Part shown: in pieces, positions 25,069-37,870 of the stretch
How the letters are laid out: the number at the start of each line of letters is the position of its first letter
How positions within the stretch are numbered: the first letter of the stretch is position 1
Source of the DNA: Octopus sinensis
Taxonomy: Eukaryota
Direction: 5' to 3'
DNA length: 64,000 nucleotides
NCBI RefSeq assembly: GCF_006345805.1
Contig: NC_042999.1
Coordinates: 136,090,001-136,154,000, forward strand
Notes under the pieces: generated by a model
What the model was told of the DNA's origin: nothing
Database searches by the model: none
What the model saw: only the letters and a program-made list of their open reading frames with translations
Made by a program: the position numbers and the translations under genes

Positions 25069-25978
25069 CTAAGTGTATATAAAATATATATAGTGTGCAT
25101 AAAATATATTTAGTGTATATAAACATCAGTGTAAAGTACTTGGCATAAGTATGTGTATACTGTGTAAAGTAACTGATATAAAAATAGTTGTATAGTGTAC
25201 AGAAAGTAAACAGTATAAAATATGTGTGTCTTTATGAAAGGTATATAGTGTACATATATAAACATAACAATGTAAAAAAAAAATCTAATATAAAGTGTAT
25301 GTAATATATATAAATGTATTGGTGTAAAGTATCATGTGTAAAATAAATGTGGTATAAATAAAATATGTGTAATGTATAAATATATATCATATCATTGGAA
25401 AGTAACTAGTATGAAGTGTGTTTAGTATATGTTTAAACACTAAATGAAGTAAATCATGAAGTGAATTTTAGCTATATTACTTGTTTTGGTTTAAGTGAAT
25501 AATAGTATAAAGTTAAGATATTTTTTATATGAATCTATCTTGAATAAAAAACAATAATAAATAAACAAATAAATAAACACCCAATAATTGCGAACTAATG
25601 GCTATGTAATATTCATACAGAATTTTAGAGCAGTTTCTATTCTAATATTCTGGAGGCTGTTTTTGTGCGAATATAGAGGAATTTCTCTGAATTAATTAGA
25701 TTAGCAAAATAGACATTGGGTAAATGCCATTCCATTTAGTTCTGAGATTAGATCTAATGTAATTTAAACATATTGAAAACTGAATAAACAGAGAAAATAT
25801 TCGCATATAAATATAAGTAGAAACACCTTCCAGCAACTTGACAAATTGCAATTCCCCGAATAATGCCAGCTGCCATCATAATTTTATTATTATCTACGTT
25901 TTTATGGAAGTCAGAGTAGCTAAAACATCAACATGGTAAAATCTCATCATATGTGTGTGTGTGTGTATGCACACATAA

Positions 25979-26009
<31 letters not shown>

Positions 26010-26063
26010 GATACATATATATGTTTGTATATATATATATATATTATATATATATATATATAT

Positions 26064-26098
<35 letters not shown>

Positions 26099-26759
26099 AT
26101 ATATATATATATAATATACATACACACACATACACACACACACATATTATACTCAAAAGAATTTAAAATAATCTTACATGTAGTAAATCATTTTCTCTGA
26201 AATATTCCCATCATAATTTTTACATATTTTCCCTCCAGCAAGATTTTGGTAAAACCTAGCTTACATCAGCTGTCCTTTCTCTTTGATAATTTTTCAGTAC
26301 AACCTAATCCTTACATGTTCCTTGGCCTATTTCTGATCCTGTTTTGTTATATTTAAAAGCCTATTTTTCTGTTTGCTCATCTTAGGCACTGCATCACAGA
26401 TAATTTTTATTATGAGTGATATCAAATATAGTATCGTTTCTCAGAGTTAAAGCATTGAACTGATGTTTCGGCTCATGGTGTGTTTTACATGTGACAGTAT
26501 GGATTATATATTTTTTAGTGTAGTTATTGGGTTTGAAATTCATCATTTAGTTAGAATTCTAGATATGGTCATTAGCTTGCTATTATATAAGATTTAAGTC
26601 ATTTTACGAAGATTTCAGTTTATTGTGAGATTGATGGAGTGTTTATGCAAAAACTATTTTGCTTTCTGAACCAACTAATTTGTGAAATTTAAACAAAAAT
26701 GAGCAAAAAAAAATAAATAAAGCAGTGACCAGTAGCATGTATTTGAACAACACAGACAT

Positions 26760-27085
26760 ATGGCACTCCATCACTTATGATGACGAGGATTCCAATTGGT
26801 TTGATCAACGGAACAGCCTGCTTCTGAAATTAATGTGCAAGTAGTTGAGCACTTCACAGACACATGAACTCTTAACGTAGTTCTCAGCGAGTTTCAGCAT
26901 GACACAAAATGTGATACAACGGACTCTTTGAAATACAGGTAGAATTCAGTTTTTCCAGTTGAGTAGGCTGGAGCAATGTGAAATAGAGTATCCTGCTGAA
27001 GGACACAACATCCCACCAGGAATTGAACTCATGACCTTATCATCATGAGCCGAATACTCTAACCACTAAGTCACACACCTTCACA
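26760..27085 (-). mobile_element. SINE family C
   Basis: Reverse match to 27611-27933 including the tRNA head. Confidence 0.8.
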
Positions 27086-27269
27086 CAAATATATATGGGT
27101 ACATCAAATGCCATACAACATAAATTCTTGATGTGTTAAAATTATCTTCACTCTAGACGATGAGTTATAATTACCAAATGGTAATTAAAACCAGTTCCAT
27201 ATGAGAAAGGAAGATGGTCTCAAGAATCATGAATTCTCTAAAGTTGACATACCAATAAAGAAAAGGTAT

Positions 27270-27580
27270 GCTAGTACATCGGGCTCAAAATCATGAGGTT
27301 CAATTCCTGGACCGGGCAGTGTGTTGTGTTTTTGAGCAAGACACTTTATTTCACATTGCTCCAGTTCACTGAACTGTAGAGATGAGTTGTGATGTCACTG
27401 GTGTCAAGCTGCACAGGTCTTTGGCTTTCCCTTAAATAACATTAGTGGCATGGACAGCAGAGAAGGCTGGTATGCATGGGTGACTACTGGTCTTCCATAA
27501 ACAACTCTGCCTGGACTTGTGCCTTGGAGGGGAACTTTCTAGGCACAATCCATTCATGATTGAAGGGAGTCTTTACCTTA
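27270..27580 (+). mobile_element. SINE family B
   Basis: Homologous to 1670-2008. Confidence 0.85.
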
Positions 27581-27610
27581 TGCTACCAGGCACTCTGAGT
27601 TATTTCTCTT

Positions 27611-27933
27611 AGTGTGTGGTTTAGTGGTTAGGGTATTTGACTCACAATTGTAAGGACATGAGTTTGATTCCTGGCAGCATATTGTGTCCTTGAGCAAGAC
27701 ACTTTATTTTACATTGCTCTAGTTCACTCAGCTGGCAAAATGAGCTGTACCTGTAATTCAGAGGGACAGCCTTGTCACATTCTCTGTGAAGCTGAATCTC
27801 CCTGAGAACTAATTACTTTAAGAGCACATGTGTCTATAGAGTGCTCAGCCACTTGCTCATTAATTTCACAAGCAGGTTGTTCCACTGATTGGATCAACTG
27901 GAACCCTCATCATCTTAACCGATGGACTGCCAG
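27611..27933 (+). mobile_element. SINE family C, full length
   Basis: A box TGGTTTAGTGG, B box GTTTGATTCC, core GTGTCCTTGAGCAAGACACTT. Confidence 0.85.
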
Positions 27934-28035
27934 TAATTTTTGGTTAAATTATGCAAATTACCTAGAACGTAAATGTGTTCTACTATTTTCATATATGTCT
28001 AAGTCCCTAGCCTACTGGAGAGAAGGTTGAAAATT

Positions 28036-28078
28036 TCTTGTGCTGATGATGCATGTTGAGGCAGAAACATGTCCAAAG
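28036..28078 (+). ncRNA. minimal type I hammerhead-ribozyme-like motif
   Basis: CTGATGA (28043-28049), stem II TGC/GCA, GAAA, palindromic ACATGT, GTC cleavage triplet; helix I is weak. Confidence 0.4.
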
Positions 28079-28103
28079 TTATCCTCTTACTTCCAGATAT
28101 TAA

Positions 28104-28323
28104 CCCTTTCATTACTGTATTTATTTTGAGATGCTCTGTGTTTCTTTCAATTACTTTAAATATAACAAAGAATTCAGTAAAATAACTTAGTTATCATTAA
28201 GCTAGTATTAGGAACATAAATTGTGACTAAGGTTTGGTGGAAGATTTTTATTCAAAACTTATGAAAACCAGACATTTGAACTCAGAGCCAGAGCCGGTTT
28301 CAGCCAGGCTGGTAACGAAAGGG
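28104..28323. mobile_element. piggyBac-like MITE
   Basis: TTAA on both sides; TIR CCCTTTCATTAC / GTAACGAAAGGG (11 of 12 match). Confidence 0.85.
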
Positions 28324-29231
28324 TTAAACCTGTTCTTTTCCTTAAAGGCATGTCAACTTTGGAGAATTTTTGATTCTTTATATTATCTCCCCTTCTCATA
28401 TGGGGCTGGTCTTAGTTGCCATTTGATAATTATGGCACATTCTCTAGAAGTGGATATAAAATTTAATAAATCAAGAATTTATTTGATACACCTGTATTTG
28501 TCTAAATTGTGAAATAGAAAATTTATAGACAGTTTGCAGCTGCAATCTTCAAACAGTCCTTGTAATTACATATTCTACAATTCACAAGCAGGTCTAGGTA
28601 TGACAGTATGATAACTCATGTTTATATACAAGACATTCTAGCATCCAGACACATCTAGATGTAACATTAATACTCAATGTGGAATCTACAGCACTGTTAA
28701 AATCTAAATGTACAATCCACACATCAGCAGCCTTATAAGATATGAACATACATTCAAAATGTTACAGTCACATTCCATGAGAGTAAGATAATTGATGTTT
28801 AACAGCATATTAAAAATTAAATGTTTAACAACATATTAAAAATTAGACGTATCAACAACTAGACGTATCAATAACAATGTATGATACAGACATACATTCA
28901 AAACGCTACATGTTCTATCATCCATCTACCCACAACTAGTCATATCAGCAACATACCAAGATGAGGGTACAACACCATATTAAAAGCACTTTATGTTTAG
29001 CTTGATCAAGACAAACACAAAAAAAAAAAAAATGTTGGATTTTGTTCAGCTCTTGTTCTAGGTCATTATCATCTCTTATAAGTCAAACAAAATTACTATA
29101 CATTACTAAGGTCTCTTTTAATACTCCCTTCTGAGATTACCAATAGAATCTTTGATTACTTTTGGACCATAACACTGCTACATCAAGACTGACCTGAATC
29201 ATAACAACTAATTACTATTTGATAATAGGAT

Positions 29232-29550
29232 GGTGCATGGCTTAGTGGTTAGGGTATTTGGCTCATGATTGTAAGGTTGTGAGTTCAATTCCCAGTGACA
29301 CATTGAGTCCTTGAGCAAGATACTTTATTTCACATTGCTCCAGTCTAATCAGCTGGCAAATATGAATAGTGCCTGTATTTCAAAGGGCCAGCCTTGAAAC
29401 ACTCCGTGTCATACTGAATCTCTCTGAGAACTACATTAAGGGTACATGTGTCTGTGGAGTGCTCAGCCACATGCATGTTAATTTCATGAACAGGCTGTTC
29501 TGTTGATCAGATCACCTGGAACCCTTGTTGTCGTAACTACAGAGTGCCAT
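29232..29550 (+). mobile_element. SINE family C, full length
   Basis: Homologous to 27611-27933. Confidence 0.85.
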
Positions 29551-29619
29551 AGTAGGGTGGCAGCTGGAATGTAAATAAAGCACATCAAATTACAAAACCT
29601 ATGTTAATTTATGCCTAAT

Positions 29620-29800
29620 CAAGTAGACCTATGATCAAAAACAGTCAAACTGTGAAGATCCGTTTTTTTTTTTAGTGATATCCACAACTATATTATCCAG
29701 TGGATTTTTCCCTTATTTAAAATGACTGGGTATGATTAGAGAGAAATTTGGTTACAATTTCTAGCAGGTTACCAGGCCATGTAAAGGCGCCTTTGTTGGC
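29620..29800 (+). repeat. unclassified interspersed repeat (family F)
   Basis: GACCT..GATCAAAA...ATTTCTAGCAG shared with 37980-38100. Confidence 0.5.
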
Positions 29801-30139
29801 TCATCAATGGGTTAATCTTAAGTCATTGATTGCCTGTAACTTGTCATAAACGCTATGCTACAACAACATAGAGCCTTCATTCATGCTGTATTCAGTAAAT
29901 ATTTCCAATCATTACATCTTTCATGTATGCACAATAAATATGTAATCTTTTGTATCGCTATAAGATTATAGCGCTATGCTCTCTTTGACTTCTTACTACT
30001 AGAATCTTGTGCTGTTTCTAGTAATTATTGAACTAACCCATGTAACAAACTAAAGCTATTTATATATAATATATATATTACTTTACTTTAATCTCAACAA
30101 AAATATTTAATGTAATTAAATAACACAAAATTATATTTA

Positions 30140-31400
30140 TATACTATAAATAATATGCACTCATATGTAAGGTGCACATCTATTCATTCATTTATTTATT
30201 TATCTATTTTTTGCTACGAAAGCCCGAAGGAAATAACTTATGTATAATATGCACTGACTTTTCTAAAGATACCCTTTGGTCAAATTTATTATAATAGCTG
30301 ACTTAAATGCTCTGGGAAAATTCATGCAACCTAAACAAATCAAAAGTAACCGTTGAACTTTACAGACTTAAAGTGACCTTTTAATTTTATAGGCAAATGT
30401 GGAATTACTGCCCCCAACCTTCAGAAGGCTATAAAGCACATAACACAGAATGTAAACACTGTCATTATCGAATGTTTTCATTTAATTACTTTTATTAAAT
30501 CCTTGCAACTGTGTTTGAATGAAATAAACATTTATGAATTGATTTTAATGAACTTCATTAAAAATATATTCAAAATAATCTCACAATAGTTTCATGAATC
30601 AATTATCCCAGTTGGCTTGCTCTCGTAATGCTAGACCAGTTCTGTTCATAAACTGCATCCACCACCCAGCAGAAATGCAGAACTTTTGAGAAATATTATA
30701 TTTGTTTGTACCCGTAGATAGCTGTAAGCTATACATGAATAATTATGTCTATTAACTTTTGTTCTAATAGCCATGTGAATGAAAAGTTAATTCATGTGTA
30801 ATTCACATGCCCACCTATATAAATCTTTCTCCAGTTTCTGTTATAGAGAAACATTCTGGCATATTTTGTTTTCACATTGTATTGAATGTTTCCACCAGTC
30901 GCTCACTAGTTTTTTCTGACACACAAAACTCTGTCCCAGCACTACAATTCCTATGCTCTTCAGCCTTTTCAATATCATACAACTTAAAACCAGCCTCATA
31001 ACTCAATCTTTTTCCTTTAGTGATTATGGTCAAATTTTGTAACATCTTTTTCAAGCAGAAATACAAGGCATTTTTTCAAAACTTCTGCCAGCAAATCTGT
31101 GTATATATGCAAGCATATAGATTGATATGAACAATATAACATAGATATCATTACAAATACTTTTGTTTCTGCAAGAGATGTATCCTGTGTTTATTTACAA
31201 TACTGATATTCAGAGTAACTGCATAACAATATCATGATCAACCTGTTCTACATACACAATCATTTGCTGATGAGGATGTGTATATGCTAAGGCTTGTTAT
31301 GAATTTCAAGCCCAGAGAAAAGTGTAATTGATAAGCCACAGACAGCATTTCATGCCCTTTATCTCAGTTAAAAAGTGCACTTTTATGAGTACATATGGTG
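30140..31400 (-). mobile_element. pogo-like DNA transposon remnant with Brinker-type DNA-binding domain
   Basis: Track ORF 30872-31066: KRLSYEAGFKL..IEKAEEHRNCSAGTEFCVSEK resembles the POGK-type N-terminal HTH; TGCAC subterminal motifs at both ends. Confidence 0.55.
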
Positions 31401-34400
31401 TTATTGTAGTGATTTAAACTCTTTGTTATATATCAGTCAGCTTGAACAATAGGTACAACTTACTTCAGGTCATACTGACCAGAATGTAAAGTGCACTTGG
31501 AGCAGAGACAACATTGAGACCATTTTGTTTTCATGTGTAGATTGCACCCAGAATTTGAGTGTTTAAAAATCTGGGGAAAGAGTACAGTACACACAAATAA
31601 ATGCAGTAGATTAGTAATTGTAATGCTAATGAAAATACTTCTTTGAATTTTCAGCAAAATAGAATACAACTAAAGCAATATTAAAATATGAAACACTTGC
31701 TAATTGCACCACAAAAGGGTTACACTAACATTATGCAAAAGAAACTGTAATCACCATCTGAAATCTGAAACATCTAAGACATAAAACAGGAAGTAATTAT
31801 TTCCCACTGGAAATAATAATCTCTCATTATTGATGCAGTTCATTGCTTCAGGTGTTTCCTGCAAGTGATTCAACTCTGGACTTGAGGTACTCACTTGATT
31901 TGGTAATTAAGTTTTAATCACAACTCATTTTTCAAAATTTATTTCATTTGACTTTGCTTGAAAGTCATTTTCAGGAAATTTTCCAAATTAATGTTTAGAA
32001 TTTCAACATGGCTTTCATATAAAAGGATTTTCTTTTGAAGTTGTGGAAGGCATTGCAAATTTTGTTCTCTCAAAAGTTTAGAAAATCTTCAAGTCATGAC
32101 AATTTTCAGTAACTAGAAATATTTTTGCTGAAACTTTTAGGAAAATCTAAAATGAATAAAATTTCTCTTAATGTTTTATCATTTTGGGAGTAAAGTTGAT
32201 TTGACCATAGAATTCAAAGCAATAAAGAAATAAAATCTGTTCTTCCATAACATAATAATAAATTCTTGATATGACATCTATTCAAAACAAGTAGCAACCA
32301 AACTTAACACAACCAAGGAATTCCTGAGGCTGGAGGCTAGTCCTTTTCTGTCTAAAATAGAATATAAACTTAATCTTTAGTCAACTTTTGTAAAGTTTTG
32401 AATAATAATTTTGATAGAGATCACTTAATTTGACATTTATCTGAAACCAAAACTTTATTACTAAGCTGCAACATCTTGAAGGCTACACTTCTACATCCTA
32501 ACACATATACATAAAATCTCTTCAATGTTAATCAAACAAGAAATCTGAGATGTTAGTGAATTATCACAGACTAGGAGGTGAGTACATGATTTTTTCTCTC
32601 AAGTCTCAATTAACCAGATATTTTCTCAACAATGAAGACAAATATATGACAAGTCATTCATATCTGCATTGTAAAGATGAACACTGAAGTAGATTTCTAT
32701 CACCTCATCATATTTAATGCTGCTGAATACATTGCTTACTCACGTTTATAGTATGCAGTAAATTAAGTTGTCAGGCTATATGGATGGAAGATAGTTTTGA
32801 CAGTTTCGCTGTATAAGTATTCTGATGTGGTGCTGTGACATCATGGTTAATGTATTTATATTATGTACAACACTGTCATCAGATCAAACTCTCCCAGCAC
32901 AAAATGCTGCTCAACTTGCTCAACTTGACTTTCTCAATGTACACTTCACAGATGAGTATTAGGAAATATTTGAATCAAAACCATTTAAAAATCAAATCTA
33001 TAAAAAAAAACAAATCAATTTTCTTTTGTCTTTTTAGATAGGTAGGTCAGTGCTAATGTAGCCATTGTTAGCATAAACTGGTCAGTGCCCATATAATCAA
33101 TCTGTTATAGCTTGAGGCCAGAGATAGCTAAAAGATGACATAACTTCTTAACTTTTGAATTTAGTATCAAACTTTTCAAAGTCCTACAATAAAAAAGACA
33201 GTAAAAACTATACGAAGTAAGATATCTTCTCAATACTAACCACTTATATAGATCTTCTCCAAGCAAGAATTGTTTAAGTGCTTCCCTTCATTTCTTTACA
33301 ATTGGTTCAGATGAACTATAAAGCAAATCAGAGGTGGTCTACAACTTCTGTCATGCTTTTGTACGTTATCTTCTCTATTATTGACATCAGTGAATAAAGT
33401 CACATGATAAAAGTATAGAAATTGAGATATTAATCTTTTAAATTTATGGCCAGGTGCACAAATGAAGAACCAAATGGAATGTATTTATATGGATTAAAAA
33501 GGAAAAAAGAAAAGAAATAAAATCTGGTTGTAAAACAAATTCATTTATTGTATATTTCAATGATGATGATGATGATGAAGGCAACATTCCAGTCCAATTA
33601 GAGCAATTGAAACCATCTCTTTATTTTCCAACACAATACTAGCTATATTCCATTAGATGGATTTGAAAGCTTTCTTTTACTGCTGCTATGTCAACCAATA
33701 ACTCATGGCAGAATTCCAGCATTGCACATGCACTAATGCTTCCCTCCAAAATTCCTATGACACTGCAATAATTCGTTAACATTACACAAATACAAAAGGA
33801 ATCATTGAAAATAAGCATAAGTTTTGAAATATGCATGTTTTCTCTCACCTGAAACTGTCTCATTATTGAGATCTTAACTTTTGTATTTTGTTCAATTCTT
33901 TCACACATGAACTCTATGCCTTTAGAACTTTTAACTGGATTATGTGTTCCTTACAAATACTAACCTTATATTTAATGACCAAAAGCTAAGTATATCTATA
34001 TAGATAACCAAACACTAAAACTTTTCCATAAATTCAAAATTATAGTAAACTCTTAAAAATTCCAATTTTAGTATATTTTGTTGCTCATTCTGAATGCCAT
34101 CTTTTCTCAAAAAGCTCACTTTTCTTTATGACCCTCGTTTACTGTGATCATCTTCTCTACAACTTCCTGCCTCCAACTTTAAACTTAGATTTACTTCTTT
34201 GACACTTCTGTACACCATTCTAACTTCTATTGTCATGACAATACTGTTATAATAATTACAATTTTAAAGAAATGAAAGAAATATTATTCAAATATGGCAA
34301 AGTACTTACACATTTTTACTATTTTATAACTTTTGATTTCTTTTCATAAAAATCTCAATAAGTTACTAAATGTTTTAAAGTTATTCCACTATTTGTTTAA

Positions 34401-35179
34401 TTTGATCTTTCTTCTAAATGTGTTATATCGCACGTTCGGATGACTTCTACTCAACTCCTGACGTCTAGACTTCTCCCTCTATATCTACATATTGGGATAG
34501 CCTACTTCATCATCTGGGGGCGTCCACACAACAAAATGTTTAAAAGTTATTTCACAACATTTTTGCTTCCCTTTCATATTTACTATTTTTTAAGTTTTGA
34601 TCTTTCTTTAAAAGTTAGGAAAGAACAAATTCAATAATATTAAAGCATATTACTCTACCCCTGGTATTTGAGTACTCTTTTTTCCACCTTGTTTCACATT
34701 TATGTGTTTACTCCGGTATATATATATATGCATAAAACAAGAAAATTTACAGGGTGATCCGAAAGTCCTTCTCAAGTCTGTGTGTGTGTTTTCTGATGAT
34801 GATGATTTTTGGGTACACATTCACAAAGAGCTGTGTGTTTGATTTATGGACTGGACAGCTTGCTGTGTCCTTGAGTAAAGTACTTTCATACAGTTCCAGT
34901 CTACTCAGTTGGAATGAGCACCAGCTGAGTGATGGTATAGTCCTCCCATCCTCTCTCTATCCTTCTCCCCATCTCTTCCCTCTCTCTCCAGCCATCTGCT
35001 TGATTCACTGGATCATCCAACCCTGGATGTTCCACTGATCAAGAGTGAAGAGCTGAGAGGGTGTCTATGCTAGCTCATGATTACATAAAAATCTAAAACA
35101 ATTAGCGAAAGCATGGTACATGCTACCAGAATCAAGTCATCCTTGATTCTGTGTTACAGCCATAGTTTGTATATATACA

Positions 35180-36430
35180 CTATGCCAGGAGTATTTGAGG
35201 ATACCTAATTATATGTATATTATTCTCTTTAAACTATTCAAAAGGCTTTTATTTTTTTCACATTCCCTCATAGAAAATAAAGTACTAACAGAAGTCATAA
35301 AAAGTGATGCAGTCATTGTTGCCATATGTGAGGAAAGTGGCAATTTACAAATTACCAACTTTCTAACTGTTGCAAGATTTATTATACATAAAGTTTGGCT
35401 GTAATTGGAAGCATCTGGTGGGAATGTTTCAATTGTGTCAAAGAGAAAACAATCATTCTAAACAGTTGGACACACTATAAAAACATCACAATTTAACCAA
35501 TAGTTTCAAATATTATTGATAGTCTTCCTGGAAAATCAACAGGGGCCATCACCAAAGAACTTCAAATGTCAGAGTGGACTATCAGAACTGTGGTGCATGA
35601 AGATATTTGATACAAGTCATATGTGCTGAGAAGAGATCAATTCATGTCTGTAAAAACATGGGAAAACTGTTTGATCCCTGCCAAATAATTATTTGACAAG
35701 GCTGAAAATCCTTGTGAACATGGAACACTTCTTTGAAAAGAAAAAAATTTGACCACGACCAAAAGTCTAACAGGAGAAATGATAAATGGTTATATACAGA
35801 TGCTTCTGATATCACAAGAGTGATGTACACAAGGTTTCTAGCAATTGTGATAATTTTAGGAGAGGTGAGTAAGGAAAGTCATGCTCGTACCTTCTTACAT
35901 ATTTCCACCGAGTCTTAAAATTAATGCTACTGGATACATTGAGATGCTGGAGACAGCTGTTAAGCCCTAGATGGATGAAGTACACAGAGGAAGGCCATAC
36001 ATGTTTCAACAAGACTCGACACCTTCTCACAAAGCCCATGTAAGCCAAGAATGAATGTCAGGGAATTTTTAAGATCCTGTAACACCAAAGTTGTGGCTTC
36101 CAAACTTGTGAGATTTAAATCTCATGGATTACTATATTTGGGACATTACTGAAAGGAAGATTAATCAACATCCTCAGAATATCATAGCTTCACTGAAGGC
36201 GACTATTGTCCAGGTTGTGTCTGAAATGAATAAGGACCATTTAGTGTAATCATATCAATAATTATGATCTAGCATTGAAGTAGTTATCAAAGATGAAGGC
36301 AGATTTATAGAATGGTGTTAGCGAGAACATGTGCACACATTTTTATAAAAATATATTTGGTTTTTGTTAGATTTGAGTCATTTTATTAAATTACCAAATA
36401 TGCCCCCAAATACTTCTCACACTCTGCATA
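35180..36430 (+). mobile_element. maT (DD37D) Tc1/mariner transposon, decayed
   Basis: VVHEDI*YKSY, FDHDQKSNRRNDKWL, FQQDSTPSHKA..DLNLMDYYIW with 37 residues between D (36013) and D (36127); remnant inverted ends AGTATTTG / CAAATACT. Confidence 0.85.
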
Positions 36431-36840
36431 TTGTGCTTTTTTAGGACAATGAATATACTCTCGCCTTTTGATAATACAAACATACATACATGCACATGTA
36501 TATACATGTGTGTGTGTGCACATAATCACAAGAAAATAGCATAAACAGTATTAAACATTTTTTAAAAAATAGTAACAAAAAAATTAAAATTTTATGTATC
36601 ATATAAATGCTAAAGGGACTTCTAAATCATTCTATATAATATAAGCTAGGAGAAAACTGCCTGGAGTGTTGTATTTCTCTTAGAAACAATACAAATTAAA
36701 AATGAACACTAATTTCATCACACATAAATATATATATATATCATATAGCCTAGAAGGGCTTAGCATAATTTCTCTTCAAATTAAAAAAAAACAAGTTAGG
36801 CCAAAGCAATTTTCAAAATAAAATACAGCATACATAATAG

Positions 36841-37490
36841 ATACTAGCGACAGAGGCAGCATTAATACTAAGAGGTAATTTTTATCCCCACTTAAATGTG
36901 GATGTTCTGTTAGAACAAACTATACTGCAGTTAATACCAGGAGAGAAACTCTCATATTGGGTTTTTGGTGCAAAATCTGCTGTTGTTTACATTACTAGTG
37001 GTAAGATAAATCCCCACTATCTCCAGTGCTGAAATTACCAGATCACATGATTTCGACCTTCCTTGTTCTTGTCAATGATGGACACTCAACTGCTAGAGAT
37101 AGCAGTAACTCATCTCTCTGCCAGTGATAATTATAAAAACAGCGTGAGAACAGGTGCAGGTGTCATGATTAGCCAGTGAGCTTGTTAAAAAAATATATAT
37201 ATATTAGTAACAGAAGTAGGATTAGTACTAAGAGGTAATATTTAACCCCACTTAAATGTGTATGTTCTGTTAGAACTATACTGCAGTAGTTACCATGAGA
37301 GAAACTCTCATATAGGCTTTTTGGTGCAAAAGCGCACTCTTGTTCATATCTTTATTGGGGAGATAAATGTCCACTACCTCCAGTACTGAGACCATCAGAT
37401 CACATGATTTCAACCTTCTTAGGTTTTGTCAATGATGGACACTCAACTGCTAGAGATAGCAGTGACTCATCTCCCTGCCAGCAATATATA
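36841..37490. repeat. direct duplication of a ~290-bp unit (36841-37130, 37201-37490)
   Basis: Alignable throughout at offset 357-360. Confidence 0.9.
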
Positions 37491-37699
37491 ATAGTAAATT
37501 TTAAAAAATTAATGCATGTATATTTCCCAGGACTCTGATGAAGTTTGAACAGGAAAAACTAATGCAAAATTTAATTCAGCTCCAAATCGGTTTTGATCAC
37601 ATTGATCTATGATTGAACACATTCTAACAATGACTATCCAGTCTTTTACAGAGACATAAAGGATGCTTATGTTGAGTTTGGTTTGAGTAACCAATTATT

Positions 37700-37870
37700 T
37701 GGTGTGTTTGCATTCATGTAGCTTACTGGTTTGGCGAAGAGATTGACAGGTTAAGTACTAGGCTTAAAAAAAAAAGTACTGGAGTTGATTCATTCAACAA
37801 AAGCATCAAGGTGGTGCTTCAGTATGGCTGCAGTCTAATGACTGAAACCAGTAAAAAAGAATAAAATGAA
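37700..37870 (+). mobile_element. SINE family A tail fragment
   Basis: TAAGTACTAGGCTT and GGTGGTGCTTCAGTATGGCTGCAGTC. Confidence 0.75.

Noticed and set aside
37465-37490. Minus-strand CTGGCAGGGAGAT resembling the U1 snRNA 5' region
   Set aside because: Lacks ATACTTAC, the downstream U1 stems and the Sm site
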